Source: the human T2T-CHM13v2.0 reference genome, Homo sapiens
Direction of reading: 5' to 3'
DNA length: 64,000 nt
NCBI GenBank assembly: GCA_009914755.4
Contig: CP068257.2
Location: forward strand, 33,216,001-33,280,000
The position numbers were made by a program, and so were the translations under genes. A model generated the notes under the pieces. The model was not told the origin of the DNA. It saw nothing but the letters and a program-made list of their open reading frames with translations, and searched no databases. Each line of letters starts with the position of its first letter. Position 1 is the first letter of the stretch. Below are positions 1 through 15,432 of the stretch, piece after piece.

Positions 1-611
1 AGAACCCATGTTTGAACCCAAAATAGAGAGCTACTGGCCTGGAAACCCAAAGGAACAGATGATATTTGTACATCCCACAATACAACTCACATACAGAAAA
101 TGCCTGGGGAAGCTAATTCCTGCTGTCCGAGAGGGGCAAAGAGCTACCACATCGATTGCTGGCCACCTGCCCTTTTCCCCAGATGTGTTGCTTATCTTTT
201 CCTTAACAAGCCTGCTACTTTGAGAAAGAAATATTACTGTAAACCATATCACACACAGCTGCATCCTGCATGGCACAGAGAAAAGTCTGCATTTTGGATT
301 TTTGAAACGGTATCACAGAGCAAACAGTCATTGACGTCACTGGTCTACAGTGTAAATGAACTTCTTGTATTATCTAATTTGGCACAGTGGGCCTTAGGCA
401 ATTATTGCATCTTACAGCGCTTTAGTAATTGCCAGCTAGGCCCATGGGCTGGGGGGACCTGCATTCTCTATTGATTTGCAAATAACACCCTTGATGTGAT
501 GACATCCATACATTTCAACTATTTCTTAATAATAAAAAAACACTAGATACAAAACCCACAAATAATCTGGCAATAGCGAGAACTTGAAACATCCCATCTT
601 CACTTTGCTTG

Positions 612-645
612 ACGTGTGTGTGTGTGTGTGTCTGCGTGTGTGTCT
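612..645. repeat. (GT)n microsatellite in intron 6.
   Basis: gacgtgtgtgtgtgtgtgtgtctgcgtgtgtgtc. Confidence 0.9.
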
Positions 646-717
646 TCAAGCCTAATGGGTAGGTAAAAAAATAGCATAGCCAAAGCTAACTCTTAAAAAA
701 TTCAAGAGAGCTATCTA

Positions 718-1254
<537 letters not shown>

Positions 1255-4200
1255 TCAGAAAAAGTATTGTGGATTTCCTAAAACTGGGGCTTTTCTTGTC
1301 TTTCCCCTCTCTCTCCCCTCACCCCAACATAGACTCGCTAGAGATATGCCAGCTGAATTTGGGGCCACTGTCCTCTCAGCAGAATGGGCCCCCTTTCACC
1401 GCCTCGGCCACAGAGTGCTCCCCCAGTCTGGGCCTTGGCACCCTCCCCAACCCTCTACACCCACTTCCAATGGGCACAACTCACTGAGATACAGAACTTG
1501 GCGGTGGTGGTGATGCCGGGAGGGAAAGAGGCGCATTAATTGTTGGCACATGGCCACATGCCAGGGGCTATGCTGTGGCAGCCAGGAAAGGTGGCCTCCC
1601 AGGGGCATCAGAACGGCTGTTCCTTACTGCAAACCCAGCCACTGGCACGTTTTAGAGGCGGCAAAGTGGGCCCCGCAGCTTAGTGGTAGGGCCCCTTCCA
1701 AGAGGAAATGAGGCGTGGCTGCAAACCCACAGCCTCTGGGGAGGTCCCATTTCCAGGTACACGCAGGGCATCCTCAGCCCCTCAGCCCCTCTCCCTCTCC
1801 CTCTCCTCACAGGCTTTTCACAAGCATTCCTTCTTCCCTGAAGCCGACTCCCCCATGTACCCCTAAGGAGGAGTTGACAGGAAGGCCTCGCCTGTGTCTT
1901 GTCCAATATTCCCAGCAGAATAGGCCCACTGGAGCCCAGAGGTAGCTACAGCCTATCTGGTGAGCTTCCCCAGGGGGCTCAGGACTGGTGGGATGGGATG
2001 ATGGGCCCCTCAGTGTCTATATAGGGTGGGATGGTGGGCCCCTCAGTGTCTATATAGATAGCAAGTGTCCTCATCATGCTCTTCACCAAAACAACCGTCA
2101 CCAGGAAGCAGCAAGCAGAGGCCACTCATGGGGGACTGGGGCCTACGGTTTTCTCAAAATGTCCTTAAACCAGAGCCAGTCCTGTCGTGCAAAGCTGAGG
2201 CTCCAAGGTAGGGAGGTAGCCACAGGAGGCCTGGGCCATTCATTTCTCTTTTAAAGACAATGGCCTCCTGCTGCTTCCTCAGCCTTATGGTTCCAATAAA
2301 GAGTCCTTGATCGATTGCACAACCTCTGTTCCCTATTGCCAAATGTCCCCAAAGCCAGATTGAGAAACAGCCTGCCCGCTGCCCCCATAAAGTGCTATTT
2401 CACATGCCCTGACCCAATCCTAGACTAGAAAGAGGCCCCCTTGATTCCACTCCCGCAGCCTGGGGTAAGAGCAGACCACGAGAAGTGCACTGTAGTCCAG
2501 CTCCCAATGGCTACAATTATAAAATTAAATGGTATAACTTGCATGATGGCTGCAAATCTCCATGGCTGGCCATTTCTTCCTGCTGCCAGGCCCCTTGGCA
2601 CAGTTGACATTGTCTCAAATTCCAGACCAGAAAAAAAGGGCCCACTATATTGCAGTGATTTTATCATTAACGAGACCTGTTTGGCTCCAAAATGAGGAAA
2701 AACACTTAAGCATAATATTTATGTAGTTCAAATGCAATGGCCCCTCTTGTCATGTGTCACCAAGGCAAATCTGGACTCTGATTCAGCGCTCCAGCCCACA
2801 ACAGGAGACTTGAACGCAAACAGCCTGAGTCACGCAGGCTCAGCATGCATGTGGGAGGCCTGTTCTTGGCTGCGTATTTTAAGCACCGGCTTTGTGGATG
2901 AAAGGCCATGGGGCCAGGTCTTGCAGCAACCCCCATCATCCCTTTCCCTCAGAAGTATGAAAATGTCTTTTTTCTAGAGCGCTCTGTGTTGGTCAGCCAT
3001 GGTGTGACTCAGTGCCTCTGGATGAAGCCTTCCTTAGCTCCTCCCTCCTCTTATCTCTGCCATAGATCCTTGGCTTCCTGATGATCAAACTGAAAAATCT
3101 GCAGTTTTCTTGCAGAAAAACAAACAATTCCAATGGAACAACCATTCAAAACATAATAACTCAGCCCTTTAACCTCCTACCACAGTCTAATGCCTGGCAT
3201 TACGAGTTGGGGTAAAGAAGAAGGCAGGAACAATGATTGTGGAGAGCTCTATCTGCCTCAGAAATAATGCCAGTCGGCAAAGGCTGCCGGCAGGTTTTGT
3301 GCTCATTTCAAAACTTCACATTCCTCAGGCACTTAGTGGCATTTTTGAAGAACACTGTGTCAAGGACAGTGGGTGACCCAGGAGAGTGATGTGAGCGAGG
3401 TCATTCTGAATACACAGCACTTGACGTGGTAGAGTCTACAGCCACAGCTTGGAAAAACAGCTCTTGGCAGTTGTGTCTCTCTTAGCCAGCAAGCGTGGGG
3501 ACCTGTGCCACGGAGACACCCAACAGGAATCATCATTCCAGGTAAGCCAGTCCTGTGGTCAGGCACAACGTGAGGTATTTTTTGTTTGTTTGTTTCTTTG
3601 TTTTTTATTTTAATTAGTCCCCCTCATTACTATATACTTAGAAATGAGAGCTTTAACTTGTGAGCAATTTCTATACCAGCTGATACCTGCCAAAATTGTA
3701 GTCATTTATAGAGATTAACTGATGACTGTCTGCTTTAGCAGAAGTGTTCAGGCATAACTCTCAGAGAAAACAATTCTTCACTCTAAGCTGTTTTCTAAGC
3801 CCTGGGAGTCTCAGGGCTGAGTTTAATGCTGGAGGATTGGGGAAGAGCCCATTCCACTCTCCCCACGTGTGTTCCTGGGAGTCAGTAGGAACGTTATTGC
3901 CTTGGTAGGGGTCTTGACCCTCAGGCTCACAATGGTGCTGGAGAGCTGTGACACCAAGGCACAGGGGAAATGAGAAGCATTATCATATTCAGGGTGTGGT
4001 TTGGATGCACTTACAAGCTAGATCGAAGGAACATCTAATTCTTACTTTCTGAAACCATCAGACCTCATGTGCCAAATAGCAATATTTTGCATGAAATATA
4101 GGAACTTCCGATATAAACTTTCAAGCTGGGGAAAATGAATACTTTATGTCTTCAGTTTCCTGTATCTGTGTTCAGTTAAAAGGCTCATTTGCCCCCCGAA

Positions 4201-5740
4201 TGTTAAATAGAGGAGTATGGAAAATGTCTACTATCCAATTCACTTTTCTTCTTTCTCACTGAGTACCGGGCTTTAGAGGGCAACAGGGAATTCGACCCTG
4301 GGTCAAGCCCTTGGGTAGAACCAGGATGCAGCTCTGAACACCTGCATGCTGGCAGCTTGGCTTCTTCAGCATGTTTGGAATCAACTGTGAATGTTTACAG
4401 GGCGGTGCTTTAAAGTAGTGGGCACATCAAGATTTCACCCTGGGACATCTTAATCTTAAGCAGAGTTGAAAAAGGTCCTAAATTCTTCTAGTACCATTTT
4501 CTCATTTTTGAAAAAAATGAAAGTACTTGCTTGGAATTTTATTATGTATGCAGAGTCATAAAAATCCAAAAAAGGGGAAAAAATTGTATATAATAAAAAT
4601 AAGTCAATGCCGTTTGCAAAATTTTACTTCATTCCAAAGGCATTCCTATTGTTTTCGGGGTTGGCTGCTCATTAGGCCATCCTTAAATGTTATGATATTT
4701 TGTGACGGATAGTGAGACCAGCTTTCACTTTTCTGCCATACAAAATAAACTGAGCAGGTATGCATATCTCGTTGATAACCGAGCTGCCTTTTTCAAGACA
4801 CCATTGTGATCTGTGGCTGTAAGTAACATAAATGTAATATATGATCTTCCATTAAAGAAACCAGATAAGGTTAAATTGCCACCGTTTCTTGGAAAATTTT
4901 GGTTAGATAGAATAAAGAATTTTCTGGCAGTCAACAACATATTAGTCTATGTTTCCGATATGGGTTTACTAGTTTTCTTGATAGATTCTTAGCAGAAAAA
5001 TGAGGAAGGTATATACTCAGAAGACTGTCATGATGAGCCGTTGAGCCAAATCTATGCAAAAGCATAATACCAAAAAGATATATTTCTCTCTGTATATACA
5101 TGTATAAAATTGTGGTTCTTCTAAAAGCATATAAGAATTTTATATAGTCAATTTTAAAAGGATATCTGTATTTCAGAAGATGTTGGCCAGTCAATTGGAT
5201 ACTCACTACATGAATCTGGATATAAAAATATGGGGTTTTCTTCCTTTGATTTGCTACTGTTTTATGACAATGGAAAAGAAATCAATGTGTGTAGAGAACA
5301 GCTTACTTTTCCTGGTATCACAGTCTAACCTTTAGGTTGCAGGGTCATTAGGATTTCAAAGTGACAGTACTGAATGTGACTCTTCCTGAAGCCCCTTGCA
5401 GATGGTAAAATAAATCTCCCTAATTGCAAACCTAACCATATGCTGGCTAATTTAATGTTGGGAAATATTCTTCAATATTATTTACCATACCACATGTATA
5501 TTATATATACTATATAATATAAACTATATAATGGTATATAGTATGTCAGTATACATTCTAATTCATATTATATATGCATGCTTATATATTGTCCAGTGCT
5601 ACGTAACTATGGGTAGCCTCACTTTCCCCCACCCCAATTTCTTCTCATATCGTTAAGCTAAGACAACACCACAAGGTTGGAGTACTTCAGAACTGGAGAA
5701 TGGCCACAGAAATCAGCCTTGGTTTTTAACTAATGTGTGG

Positions 5741-5800
5741 GAAGTGAGGTTCAGAGAGGTTATGTCATTTGCCCAATCTCACACGGCCAGTTACAGGAAG
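5741..5800 (-). mobile_element. MIR fragment, minus orientation, abutting the 61-bp minisatellite.
   Basis: gaagtgaggttcagagaggttatgtcatttgcccaatctcacacggccagttacagg. Confidence 0.55.
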
Positions 5801-5814
5801 AGGGCAGGTCTGAA

Positions 5815-6045
5815 AACACACACACTCTCAACACCCACCGACACACACACTCGGAATGTACACTCAGTGCACCTAGAAATTCAACACCCACGGACACACA
5901 CACTCAGATATGTACACTCAGTGCACCTAGAAATTCAACACTCACCGACACACACACTCGGGATGTACACTCAGTGTGCCTAGAAATTCAACACCCACCG
6001 ACACACACACTCGGGATGTACACTCAGTGCACCTAGAAATACACA
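5815..6045. repeat. Minisatellite, about 60-61-bp unit x about 4 copies (tcaacacccaccgacacacacactcgg(a/g)atgtacactcagtgcacctagaaat).
   Basis: Four head-to-tail copies with a few substitutions are readable in the sequence. It lies in RUNX1 intron 5. Confidence 0.85.
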
Positions 6046-8685
6046 TTTCTGTGAACTCAAAGCGAACAGGGTGGAGAAGTGCACAATGCTTCATAGTTTT
6101 AGATCTCAGAGACACGAAAGCACTTGAACTTTTGCATTCTGCCTCAACCATCTCACTTCTGCTCCCAGTGTGTGTGTAGAATCAGAAGACAGCCCCAGCC
6201 ACACTGTGACCTGCAGGCTGTGAGGCTGTGTTTCACCTGCTTGAGTGGGCAATGGAATTACCTGGGCATTCTAGTTTGGTAGGTTGGTCTAGGGTGAAGG
6301 GCCTGAGAATTTGGAGTTCTAATAAGGTCCCAGGCGATGCTGAGGCTGCCGATACAGGGAGCACGCTGGGAATATCTGCATGAGAGGGAGAGCTCCTCCT
6401 GATACTCAAGCTTCCAATGTGCATTACTACTTCCCTTCTCCTGCCTGCTTCTGATTTGCTGTGTGCTGGGGAGAAACACGCGAACTAAATATGCCTGAAC
6501 TGTGTTTAGACTGTGTTCATGAGCAATGACTGACGGCCTCCTTTTGGTGATAACTATTTGGCCGTCTTTTCATTTTTTTAACTCTTCAATACACACAGAG
6601 CAGCTGAAAATGCCCAAACTCTGCCCTGCAGATAGGCCGGTGTGTGACCGTCTCTGTCTCCTACAATAACTGGGCACATTCTGTCAGAGTCACTGTCATG
6701 ATAATCAGTCTGATTGCTAAGGTGAACCCCAGATTCTCAAGTAGGAAGTAATTTCTGCTGTGCCATCTATAGAAAGACTTTGGGGAATGGCAGGGAAGGG
6801 TTACATGGAACCTTTATTCCGTTCCACAAATGCAGCAGTTAAGTTCTCTGAGTGCCCACAGGACCGGGTGTTAATGCAGATGCCACAATCCTCCTCCCCT
6901 CTAGAGAAACAACATGGTCCCAGGGAAACGTGAATGCTAGAGTAGGCGTTAAGAATTCTCCATTCTAAATCTGCTTTTCTACCAACCTTTGCTGTGGACA
7001 AGAACAAGTCTCTTCATCACTGAGGCTCCGTATCTGGAAGCCTGGAATTAAGAGACTAAGAAGGATTACTCCAAGGGACTCTAAAAGCATCCACAACAAT
7101 TACATCTGCTGCCATTATCTACTCAACTGGTTCTAAGCACGGTCTTTCTTGAACAACTTCTAATGAGGTTACGACTTTCAAAGTTTTCCCTTTTGTCTTT
7201 TTTCAGGCAGACACCTGGCCTGCGGGAGCCACTGCCAAGTCTAGCTGTCAGGTTGGTCTCAGAGCTCTGTCTTGATCCCCACCAGGTCGCCCAGCCTGCG
7301 ATCCCACCTGGCCTGCTCTATCTTTCTGTGTGCTGGGGGTCAGCAGCTTTGCACGAGGTGTCCTAAGAATTCACTCTCCCTCTGCCTCCAGCTGTTTCAT
7401 CAGTGACCCTTTGGACAGTTAGTTATGAGTGACCTTGGACTTCAGTATTCAAAGGTGCCCTCCTCTCTCCCTTAAGCCTTCACAGAGCCTTTCGTGCTAC
7501 CCTACTGACTGGGACATTCCATTCTGCTTTCACCCCTCCCCCTCTACCATCCCAAGGCTGAGTCCAGAGGGAGTGGGACATTAAACACACCTTAAAATTT
7601 GCTAGGAAGTTGTCAGAGGCTGCACCTGGGAAGAAAGCCACTCTGCGGAACACTCATCCAGGCTCTCATTTCCCAGCTTCTTGTCTGGGTTGGAAAACAA
7701 TGAGACATCTGCCCTGAATGCCCACCTTTTCCATCAGTGGCAGTAGGCACATAAGTCTTAGGTGAGTACCTGTCACCCACCCCGCCCACACTCCCTGTGC
7801 AGGCCCCTGTTCCTCTAGCTCATGCCCCTAAGCCTCTTAGAGGTGGATGAATCCTGGCAAGTCCCCTAGGATACCTCCACTTCCTAGGAATCCCTTTTAC
7901 CCACTCAGCGATTTCTAGAGGGGTGATGCTTTAGCCCCAGAGAATCACCAGCAGGAATAGCAGAGCCTTTGGTCGGAAAGAGCTTTTGTACTCTTGTGGG
8001 TGGTAACAGGAAAGCAAGCACTCACTGGGTCCACCTGTGTATGGGGCTTTCCTACTCTGGGCCTTCCCGAACCATGGTCCTACAGTGGCCTCTCAGGTGA
8101 CATGAAGTACAGGTCATGTCACCTGAGGTCAGGTGGCATTTTCTTAAGCCTGTTTTCTAAGGCAAATGCCTCCTACTTGAAACTAGAAGGCAGATGGGTT
8201 GAGCTCCCCTCTTTGCTCCGGCAGCAGTGGCCACCTTGCTCTTGCCCCTGTGTCACTGCCCTGGGGCCTTTGCACTTACTGTTTCCTCTGCTCAGGAAGC
8301 TCTTCCCTGAGATCCCTGTGGACCTGATCCCTCCCACCCTTCAAGTATTTGCTGAAATGTCATCTTCTCCCTGAGGAGTTCCTGGAGATCCCCTTTTAAG
8401 TTGCAGACTATCCCACATCCAGCCAGTCCCTAGCCCTTTGGCTTAGGTTTTCTCCATAGCACATGTTAATGTTATCCAGGGTCTGTCTGCACCCATGGGA
8501 CTGTAAAGTCTACAAAGACAGGGATTTTGTATTTTTTCTGCACAGCCATGTCTCCAGCACCTATAAAACCAACTGGAGCCTAGGAGGCTCACTAATGTTG
8601 GCTGAATGAATGAATGAGTACTCAGGTCCTTCATGATTGGTGCTGTCCAATCACCCTCCACTAGGTTGTGGGAAAGCAGAAATCA

Positions 8686-9131
<446 letters not shown>

Positions 9132-9244
9132 TCATTTATTTTCATAGTGAAAAATCAAAAAGAATAGGTCAAAGGCTCTTTTGCTGAGTTGAGAGTGGCA
9201 CTCTGACATAAGCAAAGTCCACCAGCTTCTCCTGTTTCTTTGTA

Positions 9245-10135
9245 GTGAGTACCCTCTCACACGCACACACAGAGAGACATACAAAAACACAGATGGCACA
9301 CATGCACACACATACACACATACAGACATGCATGGACAAACATACACACGGACACAGCCATACACATAAAAACATACAGATGCAGCTGGGCGCGGTGGCT
9401 CATGCCTGTAATCCCAGCACTTTGGGAGGCTGAGGCGGACAGATCATGAGGTCAGGAGTTCGAGAGCAGCCTAGCCAGTATGGTGAAACCCCATCTCTAC
9501 TAAAAAATGCAAAAAGTAGCCGGGCATGGTGGCACGTGCCTGTAGTCCCAGTTACAAGTAAGTGGCTGAGGCAGAAGAATTGCTAGAACCCAGGAGGCAG
9601 AAGTTGCAATGAGCCAAGATCATGCCAGTGCACTCCAGCCTGAGCGACAGAGCGAGACTCTGTCTCAAAAAACAAAACAAAACAAAATATAGATACACAT
9701 GGACACACATGTATAAACACACATACAGACACACATGGACATATACACACAAACACAGGCATGCATGTAAACACATACAGACACACACATACACAGACAC
9801 CTGGACACACACACAGATATAAAACACACATGGGGATACACACATATAAATACACACAGACACATGTACATACGTCACACAGACACATATATTAAGACAT
9901 GCACAGACACACATACACATACAGACACAAACCAGGACAGACACATATATACAGACGCACACACACATATACATATATCACACAGGGACACACATGCATA
10001 TACACACAGGCAGATATACAGACATGGGGACACATATATACAAACATACATACTGACATACACACATATACACATACATACATATACATCCATCACACAT
10101 CCATACATCCACTCACACACACACACCGTTCTGTG
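9245..10135. repeat. Degenerate alternating purine-pyrimidine (CA/TG-derived, ACACATAC/AGACACAT-like) low-complexity tract of about 890 bp, interrupted by the Alu at 9385-9688.
   Basis: cacacgcacacacagagagacatacaaaaacacagatggcacacatgcacacacatacacacatacagacatgcatgg and so on. It yields the Cys/His/Val/Tyr-rich artefact ORFs in the track. Confidence 0.85.
9385..9688 (+). mobile_element. Alu SINE inserted into the CA-rich tract
   Basis: GCTGGGCGCGGTGGCTCATGCCTGTAATCCCAGCACTTTGGGAGGC ... tctcaaaaaacaaaacaaaac tail. Confidence 0.9.
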
Positions 10136-12785
10136 ATCGCCCTCAGGACATGGGCCAAGACAAGTGTAGCAAGCAACAGTCAATGGACAGGAAAGGCTGG
10201 CCAACGCCAAGGCAAGATCAACAACCAATACAACTTCAAGCCAGAGACGCACACAGGCCTGCCCCTCCCCAGCCCCCCTGCACCATGCGCCCAAGACTCA
10301 CGGGACAAAAACCCAAACAAAACTCTGCTCCCTGAGTCCAGGGCTCATTGCCACGAGCAGTGGAGTTTTTCGCCCACTCACATGAGACTCGGGCCTCTCC
10401 TAAAAGCAGAGCACTCAAAATCTAAATCTGCCATCCCCGGTCGCCAGGGCTCACTGTCCATTTCTGTCTGGTGACTAAGGAGGTAACTTGAGCTCAGGGC
10501 AGAGAAGCCACCTGCTGGCTTTTGCTCTTGACCAGAGGTAGCCCTCTGTGGGGGAAGTGGAGGCAGTTTCTTAAGAAGGGTGCAGACAGCTCCCAAATTC
10601 AAGGTTTTTCTTCTTCTACCAGCCTATAATCCCAAATATTAGCAACCCTCCCTAGGTTAAGGTCTTATCTCAAGGAAACCCCCAGTTACAGCGTAACTGA
10701 AAAGTAACCAGAGAGTGGTAACCACCAGTGACATGGATTTGTTGATCAGAGTAGCTCCTGCCCAGGGACAGACTCTAAAGAGAAGGCGACTTGCAGAAGA
10801 GAAAGAAAGTATTGGTGGCGGGTGGCGCACTATGGAGATATGAGCACTGACTCACAGAACGCTGCCTGGAGCTTCTGACATGGCTTTGGAGTTCAGGCAT
10901 CAGCAGGGCTAGTCCTGGGGTAGACAGGCAAGACCTGGGGGCCAGGAGAAGAAGATCCAGGAGGCGCACACACACTGCTTGCGTGAGCATGTTACCAGCA
11001 CTGAGGCTCTCCACACTGGCCTCCTAACCTCCCTGCAGGAATCTCAGTTCCCCTCCCGCAGCAGCAGATCTCATACATAATGGGCAGAGACACTGAGCAT
11101 GTTTGGACAGGACCGAGGTAAAGGCAGGGCCCTTCCAAGGTTGGGTGATGCCTCCATAAATGCTGGACAAATAAATGAATGAGTGAGTGAGTGAATGAAT
11201 GAATGAGTGAGCCCCTTTCCTGGACTAGATTTATTCTGGAATGCTCATCCAGCAGTGTGGAGGATGATCTCTCCTCCTCTGTACTTCTAAAAAGAGGGAA
11301 GGAAATTCCCTCCTATTTCTAAAAGCCCTGCCCCCTGGGCCTCGGGGACTTTCCCAACAGCAGGGGAACAGCATCTGACTCTGACGCTCTCTCCTGTCAC
11401 AGACGCCAACTGAGGTTCTAGGCTGGCCTTGCAAAGCCCTTGGACAGATGGCTGAGCAGGTCCTGGCTGGTACAGAAGGACAGGGTACCCTGGCCACTCA
11501 CAGCTCCTGAGTACTCACTAGTACAAAAGCCAACCGCAGCAAGTTGTTTTGAACAGAACGTTGACCCTCCCTCACAAATAAGGCTTCCGGTTGTTTGTGT
11601 CATGACAGCCTCATTCAGGCATCAGGCTCACTTCTATGCACTGTTGTCCACGTGCCAGAAGCAGCCACCTGCTGAGAAGGGCATCTGTGAGGAGGGAGAC
11701 CTCTTCTAAAGTTACCTGAATGGGCAAGTGGCTGTTTGCCTAGACTCCCACAGAGCACAGCATGGTGATGAAGATGCTGGTCCCACTGTCTGCCAGGTAA
11801 CATTGGGAGGGAAAGTTCTGTTTATTCCAAGACACTAGTGCCTCCTATTCACCTTGGTGACCACATTTGAGCCAGTTAGGAAATGAAGGAAGGGAAGGTT
11901 CCATCCTTGCCAGGGATGGAGACAGGGATGGAGGGCAAGGATGGACGCCCAGGACAGCCTTCTGTCCGGCAACATTCCCCCTCCTCAATCCTTTCCCGAT
12001 TCGAAAGGTACACAACTTCCCCCTGGCCTGTCTACCTTGAGTCTCTGCCTATGGCTGCCTGGCCTGGTGAGACCAGCCTCCCAGCTCCTCTGTGTTACGC
12101 AGGCAATAGGAGAGCTGCCTTTTCAACAACTGTTTTGAACTTTCCTCTCCTTTTAACTCCTTCAACAGTCCCTCTTCTGTGTGAACACTCTGGTGTGTGA
12201 AAGCAAGACCTCAGCTCAGGGAGACAGCCCTCATAAACTGCCGCAGATTACCCTGTCTTTTCCCAGCCGGAGGGGGACCCCGCCCCACTCCCTTCCCAGT
12301 CTCTTCCCCACCCCCAACTTTTTTTTTTAACCACTTCTGCTTCCTTCATTTTCTCAGCAGCTGCAGCGGAGAGATATAGTAAAGCTACTGTATAGGATTT
12401 TGAAAGCAGGGCCTCCAAGAGCTTTCCAAACTCCACACAAGCCAGTTATTCTCTGCCTTGTTTTCTTTGGCTTCAGGTTAGTAACACAGAATGAGTCAAA
12501 CAGTATTAACTTTCAATAGGGAAGTGGTGTGGTCAACCAAAGCTGTTTGCGGCTAGATTGTGAAGATAGGTAGGGCAGGTAATGCAGAATAGCCCATAAT
12601 ACTGTGAGGAGGCAGAGGAGGGAGGCGGCCCCACTCAGAAACACTCCAACAATTAAGTCAACAGAACTCACACCATCTTTTTTTAGTTGGCTGAGGAATT
12701 AACACCAAGGTCTCTGACCAGCCAGCTTTGGGAAGTTGGCCATACTGGGGCTTGGACAATTGAGTACTTTGTGGGTTTAAGGATG

Positions 12786-12787
<2 letters not shown>

Positions 12788-12818
<31 letters not shown>
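12788..12818. repeat. Poly-T homopolymer (about 31 T).
   Basis: An uninterrupted T run with no adjacent Alu body. Confidence 0.9.
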
Positions 12819-14194
12819 CAAATGTTGCCAAAGTCATGGGAACTCTAGTTAGGAAGATTTCCCCTACTTAGAGCATGTCACTCTGGCGTGGACCTTCATT
12901 CATCTCTTTCCCCGGCCTGGGGTTGATCCATTCTCCCTTCTTCCCCCTTCTCCTGCCCTGCCCCCACCTTCTCAGTCACAATCTTTGTCTTCCCAGTTTG
13001 GCAGGACATCCCAGGGGCCCCTGGGCTTTCCTTCCTGAGGTTAGAAGATGGTGCTTTGAAAGAACAATTGCTCCTACAAACATCAAATCAAACTTTTAGA
13101 AGCTGATAAAGACCTTAAAAATCATTCAATCTCCTCTTCTTTCTCCTTCTGTAGATGAGGAATCTGAGGGTCTAAGAGGAGACATGAGCTGCTGAGATTG
13201 ACTGAGCTAGGCAGGGCCAGACATAGACTCCACGGGCAGGCCCGCAGTCTTTCCACCAGGTCAGGCCACTCCCTCGCCCAGGGCTCAAGATTCCTTTTAG
13301 AGTTCAACAGAGCAGCTCCCGAGAACAGACCAGCCCTCAAGACTCAAATTTCAGTGGTTTCCAGTTCTTTCTCCCTGCACTCAGCTACCTATTTATTTTG
13401 AGACTGGCTGAATCACCCGAAGAATAGAACGGGTTTCTCTGAAGCTGCTCCCGGCAGCATGTCAGCAAATGAACAGGACAGCGAGCTGGCCTCTGGAGCC
13501 TTGGAAGATTCTCACCTCCAAGCAGCTGCAGTTTTTGACTCGTCCTGGGAAACTGGCACTGAGACTCAGGGGTGTAACATTTCACCTCCCTGAAATCAAA
13601 TCCAGAAATCTCAGGCGAGCAGCGTATATAAAAAGCCACAGGGGAAAAAAGGAATACGGACTCAGCAACTCTTAGGTGCTCTGAGCCTCTTCCCAAGCCT
13701 TCTGGTTCTGTGAGCATTTCATTGAAAGAAAATGGAATAACAGAGTTTTAGAAGAAAAACTGTATTTGGTCTTGCAAGAGAAAAGTATATTCATATAAAA
13801 CTCAGTTCTCAACTATTTGCCAAGGTTACTTCTTTTGTTTCCAACATTTAAAAAGGGTATCTAGTTGTAGGTGGAGAAAACATTAAGATATGTGAATGGA
13901 AAAAGGTAAAATTTCTAAAAGTATGGATTCACAGTGGGGTCTGATTTAAATGTTTAAATTTTTTCTCTTTAATTTCTTCTCACCAATCCTGAAAGACACG
14001 ACGAGATAATATCTACTTTCAAGAAATCAATTAATTTTATTTAAAATCCCTAAGATTTTAATATAGTACATGCAAAACAATAGATTTTCTATTTTTTAAT
14101 TATCTAATTATATTTATATTATCTAATTGACAGACTACTTAAAAAGCACATTGATATATATTATCTCAATGTGTCCTCAAGAACCCTGTGCAGT

Positions 14195-14300
14195 AGGCAG
14201 AACTCATAGTATTATTCCCATCTTATAGATGACCCAGGGGAAGCTTCTAGATGCTCAGAGCTTTGCAGGTCACACAACAGCATAGGTGCTTCATGTTAAG
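14195..14300 (-). mobile_element. MIR fragment, minus orientation.
   Basis: tattcccatcttatagatgacccaggggaagcttctagatgctcagagctttgcaggtcacacaacagcataggtg is the reverse complement of the MIR core (attttacagatgaggaaactgaggctcagagaggttaagtgacttgcccaaggtcacacagc). Confidence 0.6.
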
Positions 14301-14991
14301 AAGCAGAACTGCATTTTGATAAAACCTTTAATTGGAAAAAGATCACCTCTCCCTCAAGGAAGTAGGGCAACATGGTTGACAGGGTTATGTTTCAATGAGG
14401 AATACATTTGTTGAAGCCAGTTCAGTGATGCAGTAATTGGAATTAATAATAGGTAGTATGGAAGGAAAAGAGAAAAAGCCCTTATTGTACTGTATTGTGA
14501 GGGCCAAATTTGCCAAGCTTTTTTTTTTCTTCTTTTTTTTTAAGTACTTGGCAATGGTAAATATTTGGCCCCCACTTGAACAGAATTCCATTTGTTTCCT
14601 CTCATAAGGTCTTTGGGACATGGTCAAGGGGCCTACCCGTCTAGAGCATGTGCTTTAATAATAGCAGCTAATATTTAAGGAACACTTCTGTGCCCAGCAC
14701 GGTGCTATGCCCTAACATGAATTATTTTATTCAATCCGCACAATAATCCCCAACAGAGGGATATCATACTCCTGGTTTTATACCCAAGGAGGCTGAAGGT
14801 GGGGAGGTTAATCTGATCCCGAAGGGGAGGCCAGGCTGAATCAGGAAGCCAGCTCTGGAGCTTCGCCATCAGCCACTGCTCCAGCTCGCCTTTCAGGCTA
14901 TCTCTTTTAATCCTCACATCCCCTAGCAAGAGAGGTATCATGCAGTCCATTCTACAGATGGGAAAACTGTGAAACGCAGTTTTAGACTTGA

Positions 14992-15432
<441 letters not shown>

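Noticed and set aside
1992-2058. An approximately 31-bp tandem duplication (ggatg(a/g)tgggcccctcagtgtctatatag x2)
   Set aside because: It is real but small and of no evident functional relevance. It is mentioned only for completeness.
9132-10474. Cys/His/Val-rich ORFs (for example 9552-9974(-), 9899-10474(+))
   Set aside because: They are produced by translating the degenerate (CA/TG)n-like tract. This is low-complexity periodic sequence, not genes.
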